Position numbers and translations under genes: made by a program. A stretch of DNA of 64,000 nt from Camelus ferus. Lineage: Eukaryota. The stretch is from positions 56,296,001 to 56,360,000 of the forward strand of contig NC_045705.1 in assembly GCF_009834535.1 (NCBI RefSeq), given 5' to 3'. Shown here piece after piece: positions 1 to 11,760 of the stretch. Numbering within the stretch: the first letter of the stretch is position 1; each line of letters starts with the position of its first letter. The notes below the pieces were generated by a model. It was not told where the DNA came from and searched no databases. It worked only from the letters and a program-made list of their open reading frames with translations.

Positions 1-254
1 AGAAAGAAATTTCATGACTTAAAATTTTCATGACTTTTTTCATACCTTGGCTGTATATTCATTGGACTAAACAACAGGAAGAAACAGACGAAGTTTTCTC
101 CCAGGTTTAAGCTTTGAAGAATTAAGTGTATAAGAGTTCTACTTAAGGAAATAAAGAATACTTTATAAGGAACAGGCTTCAAGGGAGGAGTTAATTAATT
201 GCATTTTGAAGATACTGATCTCCAGATGCCTGAGCTAACACAGAAAGTATGCAG

Positions 255-540
255 TGGTTAAGAATTCAGTTATAAGATGAATGAGTTCTGGGGGTGTAAT
301 GGACTGCATAGTGACTAGAGTTAACTATGCTGCATTGCATATTGAAATATTGTTAAGAGAGTAGATTTAAAAATTTCTCAAACACACATAAAATAAATGT
401 ACCTCTCAGGTGACAGATAAGTGAACTAACGTTATTCGGTAATCACTTTGAAATATATACATATATAAAATCACTGCATTGTACTCCTTAAGCTGCACAA
501 TGTCATATGTCATATCTCTCTAGAGCTAAAAAGAAAAAAT
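255..540 (+). mobile_element. L1MA9/10-like 3' end
   Basis: ttcagttataagatgaatgagttctgg...tgcatagtgactagagttaa...ggtaatcactttg...ttgtactccttaa, then an A-rich tail. Confidence 0.75.
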
Positions 541-607
541 TTATAGAATAAATGGAATAAAAGTACTCTTTCAACATACACATAAACACACACACAAACA
601 CACGAAC

Positions 608-860
608 TCAGGTTCAGGAATAGACTAACATGAGTTGAATCCAGATCACATCACTTACTAGCTGTGTGTCCCAGGAAAGTTTTTGAGTCCTGGAAGCTCC
701 TGCCTTCTTATCTGTCAAGTGGGGAGAAGTAATAGTGCCTCCTAATAGGTTAAAATAAGGAATAAATCTGATAAGGTACCGGATATTGTGTAAAGCATTT
801 GGTATAATATATGGTTCTTAATAAATAATCAATAATTGTGAGATATTATTATTATTATTA
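608..860 (+). mobile_element. MIR SINE (representative; further MIR relics near 1500, 7120, 8030, 17150, 23700, 27290, 29680, 37600, 41600, 43150, 45840, 48520, 56820)
   Basis: gttgaatccagatc...acttactagctgtgtg...atctgtcaagtgggg...taatag and an (ATT)n tail. Confidence 0.75.
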
Positions 861-2344
861 TTCTCATTACAAAGCAGTGTCAAAAGGTATTTGGAGCTAA
901 TGGGTCTAGAGCTTGGAAGAGAATTCCATGGTACAGAAATGAACTCGTGACCTGAGATCCTATATCAAACCTATTGTAAGGCAAGGCTACCCAGTCACTT
1001 TACCTCTCCCAGAGACAGCCGAGAACTGGAGTGACACACTCAAATCCCTGCAGAGGCTGTGCGGTAGGGTAAAGGCATGAAGTAAAACTGTGGAAGACAA
1101 ATAGCGAGTGGTGAGGTGTGACTCGTGGAAAACTCTATCTTAGGGGACATGACCACTCACCTCCAGAATCTGGGCTGATGTTACTAAATATGCTAATTCA
1201 TAAGAAGAAAATACAAATCCAGATTCTTAGGTAAAATGTCATTTTTTTCCAAAAGGTTGGGAACTAATTCAATTTTAACAGTCCCACAGTTATATGCATT
1301 AAATAAGGCATCCTCTAGCAAGCTTTGTCCTGTGAACCACCAGTTTGCACTTCTGGCCTGTCAATGTCTCCCAAAGAGCCATTTTTTTTTCATTTGTTCT
1401 TTTTCCTTTATATTCTGAAAGACAATGGAGCACAAGGCTTAACACAAAGGCAGTGGCCCCCAGAAGGCCTGAGCCCAGCCCTCAGGTCTGCAATTTTAGC
1501 AATTACTCAATTTCTCTAAACTGTAAGTTTTGGATGAAAGTAATATCTACTTTGGATAATCATTATAAGAACTAAATGAGATACTGTATGTCATGTATCT
1601 GGTAAAGTGTAGAACAAATCATATATTATCAATTAAGTCTGGGCAATACATTTGCCCCTCAGATATATAACCTTATTTCTCCAGAGTACTGAGTTTATCC
1701 AGCCAAGATTTTACTACCTCCTACCAATCTTACCCCAAATGAAAAGGAGGGTGACATCCCAACACGTCCCTTACCTCTTTGTTCATGGCTTCAGTCTTCC
1801 CAGCTACCACAGCCAGGACCAACTCTTCAAGGCCCTCACCTGGAAAGGCTAGAAAAGAGATTTAGGTCTGATACTTTCTTGGACGTTCCTCAGGGGACGT
1901 TCTCGTTTCTTCCAATTTTTTTCTTTCTTTTATCCACTGGATTTTTGTTTCAGGTTTTGAGGAGCTTATAATAATATCTACTTATTAAGTTAAGAGTCAA
2001 AACATGAATGCGTAGAAATTTTGAGAGCTCCATTTTTTAACCATTTATCATTTGTTGTACAGCCTTGAGGAAGCTGCTGCATCTGTCTGGGCTCTGGTTC
2101 CTTTATCTGCAAATAAGGGACTTGGCATCAGTGAGTTCTAGGGCTCCTTCCCTCTTGTAAGAGTCTTTGCTTTCTGGCTATGTCTGTTTGTTCTGGCCCG
2201 AGCTTTCATCATGCCTCCAGTGAGAGTGGGCCAGCTGTTTTCTAGGTGCTTGGCCTGAGAGGAAGCAGAGAAAGATGCAGCAGCGAGATCGTAAGATTCC
2301 TTCAGGTACATGGACTTCACACTTTACCCCAATCATAGTACCCG

Positions 2345-2620
2345 AGAATGGGTAGAATGAGTGTTTTAAGTGAGTGGATAATATCATCGGTGTTACTTTT
2401 ACTAAAGATCACTCTGGCTGCAAAATGGAAAGCAAATTGGAGGGTATTATGGAAACAAGGGGCCAAATTAGAAGGCTGTAAAAATTTCTCACAGGATAGG
2501 ATGGTGATTTGGACAAGGATAATGGCAGAAGAGATAAAGAGAACAGGGAAAACCTGACAGATGGTTGAGAGAAAACTTGTATAGGACTTTGTGTTGTTTG
2601 GATGTTGGAAACAGAGCGAA
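2345..2620 (-). mobile_element. L2 fragment
   Basis: aagatcactctggctgc...tggagggt...gatggtgatttggac, a typical antisense L2 signature. Confidence 0.65.
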
Positions 2621-3230
2621 ATAGTGCCCATGGGTGTAAGAACAGGTATGAGTAGGGAGAAGTAATAAGTTCTCTGGCCCTTAGGAAAGCAGACAGCAGT
2701 GTTCTGGCAGACTCTACAGCCTTTACTTCCAGCTTGGCATCATTGTAGCAATGGGAAGGGAGATGCCTGAGGGAGCGATCCTGTGCTGTTATCTGAGGTG
2801 ATTCACATAATATAATTTCAGGTCTCTGTCGACAGAGATGCTGGAGACTTTAAGCTTAAGAAATAAACAATGCTTTTATTCAATGGTGGTCACTCATGAA
2901 CTCACAAACTGATCAACGTATACTGAGCCCTTTTTCATCCAAGTATGTGTTAAACCAATAGGGATGCAAAAATAAGTAAGACATACAGACATACATAGAT
3001 CATAGAATTTATAATTGGACCAAAGCAACCTATCTTTAAATAATTAATGGCTAATAATTGTCAAAATTTTGTTGTAGAAATCAGTACAGTGTGAAAGGAA
3101 ATACAATTCAGATCTGTAGTACTATACTTGGAGCAGGAGGGGGTCAGGAATGTATTCATAGAGGAAGTGTACTTAAGCTGGACTCGGTTAAAGAGCTAAA
3201 TGAAAGAAAGAGGCATTGAAGAAATTTATC

Positions 3231-3717
3231 TGTTCAGCAGAATAATGCCCCCCACAAGGATTCCAATGTCCCAACCCCCAAAACTTGTGAATATGCTACT
3301 TTATAAGGCAAAAGATACTTTGCAGTTGTAATTAAGGTCAGAGACCTTGAACTAGGGAGATTATCTTGGATTATCCAGGTAAAAGCAGAGAACCTTTCCT
3401 GGCTGTGGTCAGAGGGAGGTGTGACTATGGAGGAAGGCACAGGGAGATGTAACATTGCTGGCTTTGAATACGGAGGGAGGGAGCCATGAGTCAAGAAATC
3501 TGAGTAGCCTCAGAGGTTAGAAAAGGCAAGGAATCAGATTCTACCCTAGTGTCTCCTGAAAAGAATGCAGGCATGCCAACACCTTGATTTTAGCCCAGTG
3601 AGATAGTAGGATTCGTGTCAGACTTCTAATGCATAGAATTGTCAGATAACGCTTTTGTGTTGTTTTAAGCCATTAAGTTGATGATGATTTGTTATGCAAC
3701 AGTAGAAAATTAATATG
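3231..3717 (+). mobile_element. MLT1-type (MaLR) solo LTR, MLT1D-like
   Basis: tgt...gcagaataatgcccccc start; gattatcttggattatccagg; ggcaaggaatcagattct; ends ttgttatgcaacagtagaaaattaat. Confidence 0.85.
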
Positions 3718-5055
3718 GCATTCCTGACATAAAACACACCAGAAGCAAAGGTTTAGGTGTAAGTGACAGTGTGATGCATTTCTGTTGTACCAATGAAGTG
3801 CTGCACTTCATCAGACACATTAACAGGTATAGTAGAGAAAAGCAGGTACTGAATGATGGAAAGCCTTTGTGCATATATAGAGCCTTGCTACTGTCTTCTA
3901 CTTATCAGACACCTATTGAAAGTTTTCAGATGTGGTTACAGTTATATTTTAAAAAGATCTTTCAAGCAGCTAATCTCAATGCACAGGATGATAAGATAAT
4001 CCAGGGAAAGTTTTAAATATGAGCTAAAACAACAGCAGTAGGAATTGATGGGCAGAAAAGCGATATTTTATTAAGGGAGGATAGTCATAGTTTGCTGATC
4101 CAACCTGGTTTAAAACACGTATTTGCTTCCATGTCTACACCTAAGTGTGACTGTCTTGCAAGTGAGGACAGTGCTACTTTTCATGACAGTTAAGCAGCAT
4201 GCTAGCCTCCTTTTTCAAACTGTCTTCAGGATGTCTTTGAATATTGTTGCATACGTCTGTAGATGAGTTGCTTTGTGGACTTTGTGAATTTCCTGTAAAT
4301 TATGTTTGTTTTTATAACAACAGAAACAACAACAAAAAAAACCTTAGTGATTTTGTTCTCTCCCTGCCTGTTCCCAGAACCCTCACTTCATAGTGGAATT
4401 ATTGTAGCAACTCCCGTTGACCTCACTTCTTCATTTTTCTCCAATTCAACCCATCCTGCTCAGGCTTTCAGACATGTCTTTCTTAAAATTTGATTTATCA
4501 TGTTAGGTGTTTATGGTACAGATTAAGTTGGTTAGAGTTTCCAAGATTTTTCTACGTCCTCCAAAATCTGGTTCACTCACACCATTGAAAATTGTCCCTC
4601 AGTATTTGCCAAATTAAATGCTCTTTTCCAGCCAGACTAACATCCTTCATCACTGCTATGTGCCCTGTTGGTTTACTTCTCCTTGACCACAGAGTGAATC
4701 TACATTGCATATATATATAGGTTTAATAAATGCTACTTGAATAATAATCTCAATCTGTCCAAATTTTATCATTCTTTAAGGATTGACTCAAACCCATTAC
4801 ATAGCGTTTTGTTGCAACTACTCTTAAAATGTGAATTAAACCTCTGGAGTCATATCATACATCACCTGTTTATTTAATCTTTTTTAAAATTTTCTATTAT
4901 ATGCCTGACTTTATGATAATTACTGTACTGCACATTTTCTCACTCTCCCCCAACCCCAGGCCTCCACTAGATAGTGACTGCTGTGGAACTGAACATACAG
5001 TAGGTGCCAATAAATACTTACTGGTCGATCATTTATTACCTCCATATTTCCCTTC

Positions 5056-5993
5056 TTATGTCCTATATATGTTAGACAACTTCCCCAAAACCTTCTCCCT
5101 GATTTGTCGAGTCTTTACACAGTACACAATGGGGTTCATTGGGGCGGCAACAACAAGAATATATCTGCAATAAGGATTACAATAAGGGGGCTTTTGTGCT
5201 TGGCAAAGCGGTGTATGGCTGCCAGGGTGATGATGGGTATGTAGAAAATGAGCACAGCACAGATGTGGGAGACGTAGGTGTTAAGGGCCTTGAGTCTCTC
5301 TGCCAGAGATGCGATGCTGAGTACAGTCTTCAGGATAAATGTATAAGACAGAACAATTAAAGCCAAGTCCAGCATAGTGCAGAGAGCAACAAAGAAGCCA
5401 TAGATAACATTGATCTTGTTGTCAGAGCAGGCCAGCTTCATGGTATCATGATGAAGACAGTATGAGTGAGAGAGGACATTCTTCTGACAATATTTCAGTC
5501 TCCTTAGAGTGAAGGGAAATGGAAGCACTAAGAGAATGCTTCTGGTGGCTAAGATCAGTCCCGTTTTAGCAACTTTGTTGCTAGTGAGGAGAGAATTATA
5601 TCTCAGGGGGTTGTGAATGGCAAGAAAACGATCGAAAGACATTACTAGAAGCACTGAAGATTCCATGACCGTGAATCCATGGATGAAGAATTCTTGAGCA
5701 AAACAGGCATTGGGTGAAATTCCCATGGCATTGAATAAGAAGATTCTCATCATGGTAGGAAGAGAGGAGAAAGACAGGCCCAGATCACAGATTGCCAACA
5801 TGGCAAGGAAATAATACATGGGCTCATGAAGTGAGGGCTCTGTCTTTATGAAAAAGAGGATGGTACTGTTGCCTAAGATGGCAACCAGATACATGAGACA
5901 AATGGGAATGGAGATCCATAGGTGAGCATGTTCCAGTCCTGGAATTCCAATCAGAAGGAAAAGTTGAACCTCAGAGTTGTTGAGAACAGACAT
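5056..5993 (-). pseudogene. OR51A7: Class I olfactory receptor OR51A7 orthologue, frameshifted in TM7
   Basis: ATG at 5993 (MSVLNNSEV); motifs LHEPMYYFL, MSFDRFLAIHNPLRY, SHSYCLH, KALNT. The frame reads ...LLPP then CA ATG AAC CCC. Adding one base at 5140/5141 restores xMNPIVYCVKTRQIREKVLGKLSNIYRT* (TAA 5056-5058), giving 312 aa. The conserved TM6 Cys is Tyr (LNTYVSH). Closely resembles human OR51A7 as recalled. Confidence 0.88.
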
Positions 5994-6799
5994 AATCAGT
6001 GGGAATATGAACTCAGCTCGCTGGCCACATCTGAAATCACATAAACAGAAAGCAGTCACACTTTTGGATAAAACTTAGTGTTGGGAGATAAGTCATTTTT
6101 AAATACACTACTTAGAAACATATTTGATGTAATATTAATAAAATTTAATTTTGAACATTTATCAAATGTCCTTAAACATGTTCATGTCCTCCAACATGGG
6201 AATTTTACTTATAACAATTGATCCTAAGATCCTTTTTGCCAAATATTAAAATTGTGTCAAAGTAAAGCTGCTTTGATTCAGTCAGTGATGGACACTCAGA
6301 ATCTCTTCAGCATGAAGCTCAGTCATCCCCCCGTTGGCTCCATAACAAGATCCCTGACTTCATGGAAGAAAGTTTAAAAATAATAGTGTAAGAAAATAAT
6401 CAGAGATCCAGGAAAATATCTACACTACGGTGAATATTAAATGCTAGAAAGTAAATTTATAGACTAATTTGTCTTAAGTTCATGAGGTTGGTACTTATTA
6501 TCCACATTTTACACATGAGTATAAACATTTTTCTAGACTCTATAAATCATGAACAGATATCTTTAAAATATTAATATTGATTATAGAATGATTTCCAAAA
6601 GAAGAAGTGGGAGAAATGGAGCAGGATACACCTTGGGAGTTATGTATCCTTCCTGTCTTCATGTTTGTAGTCCTATACGAAATGTGACAGCTCCTAGCTC
6701 AAGGACGTGTGGGCCACACTTTAGGTTATTATTTCACTGTTACAAGGAAAAGTGTTGAAGCCACCTACATTTTCAATAGTAAACTTGTTTTTACCCAAA

Positions 6800-7110
6800 G
6801 TGTGCTTTTGAATATGGGTTTGAACTTCAGGAGAAATAGCTCAACAGAGCTGTCAATTCAGAAATATTGACGTGATATTTGGTATCTGAGGTCATGAAAA
6901 TAGATGAGGTCAACAGGAAAAATGCAAAAGATACAAAATTTAAATCTCAGATAGAATCCTGAGGAGCGGCAAGATTGTTGACAGCATCTCGCATGAGACT
7001 ATCCAGAGATCTGGGGGAAAATCCATGAGCGTGGGATCTAGCTGGATGCCCAAGGAAGAGACTACTGCAATGAAGATAGTCACCAGATCAAATGTTGCCG
7101 AGATTTCTTA
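6800..7110 (-). mobile_element. L2 fragment
   Basis: gaggtcatgaaaatagatgaggtca...gaatcctgaggag...cagatcaaatgttgc. Confidence 0.6.
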
Positions 7111-7750
7111 AATTTCTATAGTCTGACACAAAAACATCTGGGTATAAATCTCCACTTGGCAATTTACTGTCTGTGTGAATTTATGTATGCTGCTTAGGAC
7201 TTCAAGCAGATGTTTACTCTTTATCTTTATAAACGATAGTGTCTGTCATATAGTTATTTTAGGTGATCTGTTATAGTCTTTAACAGAATGAAAGCAATTA
7301 GTAAATACCAAATAGTAGTAATTATTTCAAGAAAATTCCCTAACCATTTCTTCAACACATCGAGTCCTAGACAGGCTGAAGAGACCTTTTTTTTTTTTTC
7401 TTCTTTTAATTGACAATAAGGTTTACTATTATTTCTCATACTATCAAGTAAATGGGATCCTACTAAGATCAGAGTTAATAAAATCATGTTTAATCTTCAG
7501 ACCATGCAACCCTGTCCATAGTACATTTGCGCACACACGCACACACACCCCCACACAAGCCACTTCCTCTTCCTACCCGTGGCTATTTTTTTAGATATGA
7601 GCTGTTTAACAAAGCCCTTGCTTTAGGTTTCCAAAGGGATTTTTAACCACTTGCACGTACCAAAGCTAGATGCTCAGTATGTCCTTGAAAGATAAGAGCA
7701 AGAACCCTCAACTTTAACCTCCACTTTATCTAGATGCACCTACTTCTATT

Positions 7751-7870
7751 TCCCTCAGGGATGCAGACCCTTGGGAGGAATAGAAAAACAGCCTGCTCTC
7801 TGGGATCTCCGAGGAAACTTAAATAGAAAGAGTTTGACCCAGTACATTAACTCTTCGGTATCCAGGGACT
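7751..7870. promoter_or_regulatory. Candidate OR promoter: cluster of O/E (Ebf)-like sites plus a TAAT core
   Basis: tccctcaggga 7751, acccttggga 7767, ctctctggga 7796, atccaggga 7860, acattaa 7844. Lies between the divergent OR51A genes. Motif match only. Confidence 0.35.
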
Positions 7871-9062
7871 CCAGCAGGACCTAGAGACAAGTTGTGAGGA
7901 AAGCAATTGGAAAACCACTCAAGTGAGAGATGAAGGCTAGAAATCATATTGACAGAGGAAGCATGATATACAGCAGTCATAGAGACTGGGCAGCACAACT
8001 CAAAGAACAGGTTATATGTAATCAAAATATTTCAGTTCCAATTTGAGGCCACACCACTTTCATCTTTTGCCTCAGTTTAATCATCCACAAAATGAAAATA
8101 ACAATACACAAATATCACATATTTAAGGAAGTACTTTACAAACTATAAAATGGTTTGCCAATGATTCCATTTACTTATTTGATTACTTTTGGCAAATGTC
8201 AATAGGTGAGCCTCCTGCCACTCCCTGTTAGATTTCCAACTGAGTAATCCAAAATTATGTGTGTTTCAGGCTAATGTAAAATAATACAAGGGGGAAATTC
8301 AAATAAACAGAAAAGAATTAAGAAAACTAAAAGGGGTAAATATGTGAGTAAACATAAAATATTTTTTATCTTTTCTCAATTGCTGGAAAAGTTACTTTTT
8401 TTAAGGTAAGAGAATTATAATACATTGATAGATTCATAACAAAGGTAGAAATGTATACTTGGCAATAATTGCATGCAGGTCAAAATGAGATAAATGGAAG
8501 TATGCTGTTAAAAGTTTATTATATTATTTATGGGGCAGTATAATATTAACTCATGATGGACTCTGATAAGTTAAGGTTGCATGCCATAATCCAAGGAGCA
8601 ACTGTAAAAAGACAAAAAACAAAAAGGTGTAGACAAAAAGTCAACTGAGGAAATAAAATAGAATATTGAAACATACTTGAATTGATTTGATTTAAAGATT
8701 CAAAATAAATAAGTGAAGTTGTGACAGAGAAGAGAAAACAGATGGGACAATGAGGAAGCAAAATAATGACAGACATAAAAACTAACTGTATTAATAATTG
8801 CATTAACTCTAATGGGCTAAAGACCCCAATGACGAAGCAGCACTTTTCACACTAGATTAAAAAACATGCTGATGACAAAAGTTGCATGTGAAATAAAAGA
8901 CACAGATAGGTTAAGCATAAAAGGATGGAAAAAAAATATGCCATGCATTCCAATACATATGGTGAATGTAGCCATGGATTCCCGACCACATGGGATTTAA
9001 AGCAAGATATATCACCAAGAAAAAAGGAGACATTTTGTAGTGATGAAAGAGTCATCAGGAAG

Positions 9063-10226
9063 TCATAACAATCTTTTTTTTAATTGATGTATAATCAGTT
9101 TACAATGTTGTGTCAATTTCTGGCGTTCCACATAATAGTTCAGTCATACATACATATATTCATTTTCATATTCTTTTTCATTATAGGTTACTATAAGATA
9201 TTGAATATAGTTCCCTGTGCTATACGATATAAACTTGTTGTTTATCTGTTTAATATATAGTAGTTAGTATCTGTAAATCTCGAACTCCCAGTTTATCCCT
9301 TCTCACTCCCTTTCCCCCCTGGTAACCATAAGTTTGTTTTCTATGTCTGTGAGTCTGTTTCTGTTTTGTAAATAAGTTCATTTGTCTTTTTTTTTTTTTT
9401 TTTTTCAGATTCCACATATAAGCGATATCATATGTTGTTTTTCTTTTTCCTTCTGGCTTACTTCATTTNNNNNNNNNNNNNNNNNNNNNNNNNNNNNNNN
9501 NNNNNNNNNNNNNNNNNNNNNNNNNNNNNNNNNNNNNNNNNNNNNNNNNNNNNNNNNNNNNNNNNNNNNNNNNNNNNNNNNNNNNNNNNNNNNNNNNNNN
9601 NNNNNNNNNNNNNNNNNNNNNNNNNNNNNNNNNNNNNNNNNNNNNNNNNNNNNNNNNNTGTCTTTTGAATTAAGGTTCCCTCTGGATATATATCCAGAAG
9701 TGGGATTGCTAGATCATATGGTAAGTCTACTTTTAGTCTTTTGAGGAATCTCCATACTGTTTTCCATAACGACTACACCAAACTACATTCCCACCAGCAG
9801 TGTAGGAAGGTTCCCTTTTCTCCACACCCTCTCCAGCATTTGTTGTTTGTGAACATTTGAGTGATGACCATTCTTACTGGTATGAGGTGATACCTCATTA
9901 TAGTTTTGATTTGCATTTCTCTGATAATTAGTGATACTGAGCATTTTTTTCATGTGCGTTTTGACCATTTGTGTGTCTTCATTGAAGAATTTTTGTTTAG
10001 GTCTTCTGCCCACTTTTGGATTGGGTTGTTTGTTTTGTTTTGTTTTTCTTATTAAGTTGTATGAGCTGTTTATATATTCTGGAAATTAAGCCCTTGTCAG
10101 TTTCATCTTTTGCAAATATTTTCTCCCACTCTGTTGGTTGTCTTTTTGCTTTGCTTACGGTTTCCTTTGCTGTGCAAAAGCTTATAAGTTTAGTTAAGTT
10201 CTGTTTGAAGAAATCATAACAATCTT
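9063..10226 (-). mobile_element. Young 5'-truncated LINE-1 with target-site duplication
   Basis: T-tract, 3'UTR and ORF2 3' end in reverse orientation. TSD tcataacaatctt at 9063-9075 and 10214-10226. Contains N gap 9469-9658. Confidence 0.92.
9469..9658. other. Assembly gap, 190 N
   Basis: N run inside an L1. Confidence 0.99.
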
Positions 10227-11084
10227 AATGTCTATCCATGTAATAGGAAAGCTTCAAAATACACACAAACAAGTAACAGGACTAAAAACAAAAAGACAAA
10301 TTCATAATCAGATTTGAAGATTTTAGTACTTCCCCAGTTGAATGTTACTTGGTTATATATGTAGATAAAAATCATTTGAACTTACACTTCAGTTGTCTAC
10401 ATATTACTCTATGTAAATTTCAATAATAGAAAATGGAAAGCAACTCCATTGGCTATAAGAAAAAAAAGAAGAAACAAAGAAATGATGAACTTAAACTAAT
10501 ATATCAATTAATTTGGAATTAAATGGTGTCTTGGTAGCTTTAAGTGCTTTCCCTAATCTCTGGGGCAGGCTCTCCTTCGTATGATATGTTCAGGTCTCCA
10601 GAATTGGTGGAATATCCCAGTCTGAACTTTTCATGGCCTGTGGAAAGCAATGAGTTAACACTATGGCCCTATACCAAGCCCTCTGCTGGGAATTTCTACA
10701 AAATTTCTCAGGGAAGTCATTTGTTTACAGAACATAGTAAAGATGGAGGAATTGGTGTCCCGTGAGTACAGAACTCAGAACACAGTTCAAGGAGTCTGTG
10801 ATCTCTAGATAAAGGTCTCAGTCAACAGATGTGGTACTGAGGCTGAGAAGTCTCTGGCCTAAAGTCACCTTTGTTTCACTGTGTGGTTAAATGGTAAGTG
10901 CAATAGTGCTCTAACATAATATTGTCTCAGTATGGCACTGTATCCTGGCACGTGTCTGAAATATGAGTACTCTATGAACTAGGCCTTACAGAAGACTATG
11001 ACTAAGGGTGGCTTGATGGAAGCTCCAGAATTTTGATATAGGAGGGGCTCAGAGGTTAAAAAATAATACAATGGGGAAATGGAG

Positions 11085-11692
11085 GGAACTTTTTTGGGAA
11101 GAGGAACTGGAGGTTGGATCAATTGCCAGAGGCCAATGATTTAGTCGATCATTCCTACGTAATGAAGTTTCCATAAAACCTGAAAGACAGGGTTTGGAAA
11201 GTTTATAGGTTGGTGAACACATGAAGATTTGGGAAACAGTTACACACTCAGGGAAGCATGAAGACTCCATGCTCTTGCCACACACCTTGTCCTATGCATC
11301 TCTTCCATCTGACTGCTCATGAGTTCTGTAAGCTGCTCTAGCAAATTAGTCACCCTCTAGGAGGGTTGTGAAAACCTCTCATTTATAGCCAGATGTTTGT
11401 AAGTACAGGTAACACCCTGAACTTATGACTGGCATCTGGAGTCCATGAGGGGGTATGTGGAACCCTCTAATCAGTAGCCAGTTTGTCACAAACACAGGTG
11501 ACAACCTAGACTTGTGGTGGGCACCTGAAGTGTGTGTTTAGGGGGCAATCTTAAAGGACTGAGCTCTTAACCTGTGGGGTATGATGCTATCTGTGGGTAG
11601 ACGGTGTCAGAATTGAGTTGAATAGTTTTAGGACACCTTGCTGGTATCCCAAGAATTGCTTGGTGTTGTCTCGGAAGCACCCCTCCCCCACC

Positions 11693-11747
<55 letters not shown>

Positions 11748-11760
11748 TGGAACTGGTTCT
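11085..11760 (+). mobile_element. MER21-like ERV LTR with an internal duplication and a (CA)n expansion
   Basis: ggccaatgattta...cctacgtaatgaag; ccctatgcatctcttccatctg; ggactgagctcttaacctgtggg; gtgtcagaattgagttgaat. Confidence 0.75.
11694..11746. repeat. Perfect (CA)26 microsatellite
   Basis: Read directly from the sequence. Confidence 0.97.

Larger units (their letters stand above)
8270..10330 (+). mobile_element. Old L1M fragment (inter-ORF region plus ORF2 endonuclease), interrupted by the young L1
   Basis: Decayed endonuclease coding signature (IKGWKK, DFK, GHFIMIKG-like) up to ~9060, resuming in register after 10226 (ttaatgtctat...gcttcaaaatac). Confidence 0.78.

Noticed and set aside
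2823-2838. Perfect 16-bp palindrome tctctgtcgacagaga
   Set aside because: About one is expected by chance in 64 kb (64000/4^8).
9382-9744. ORFs spanning N runs (also 28837-29247)
   Set aside because: Artefacts of undefined bases inside L1 fragments.
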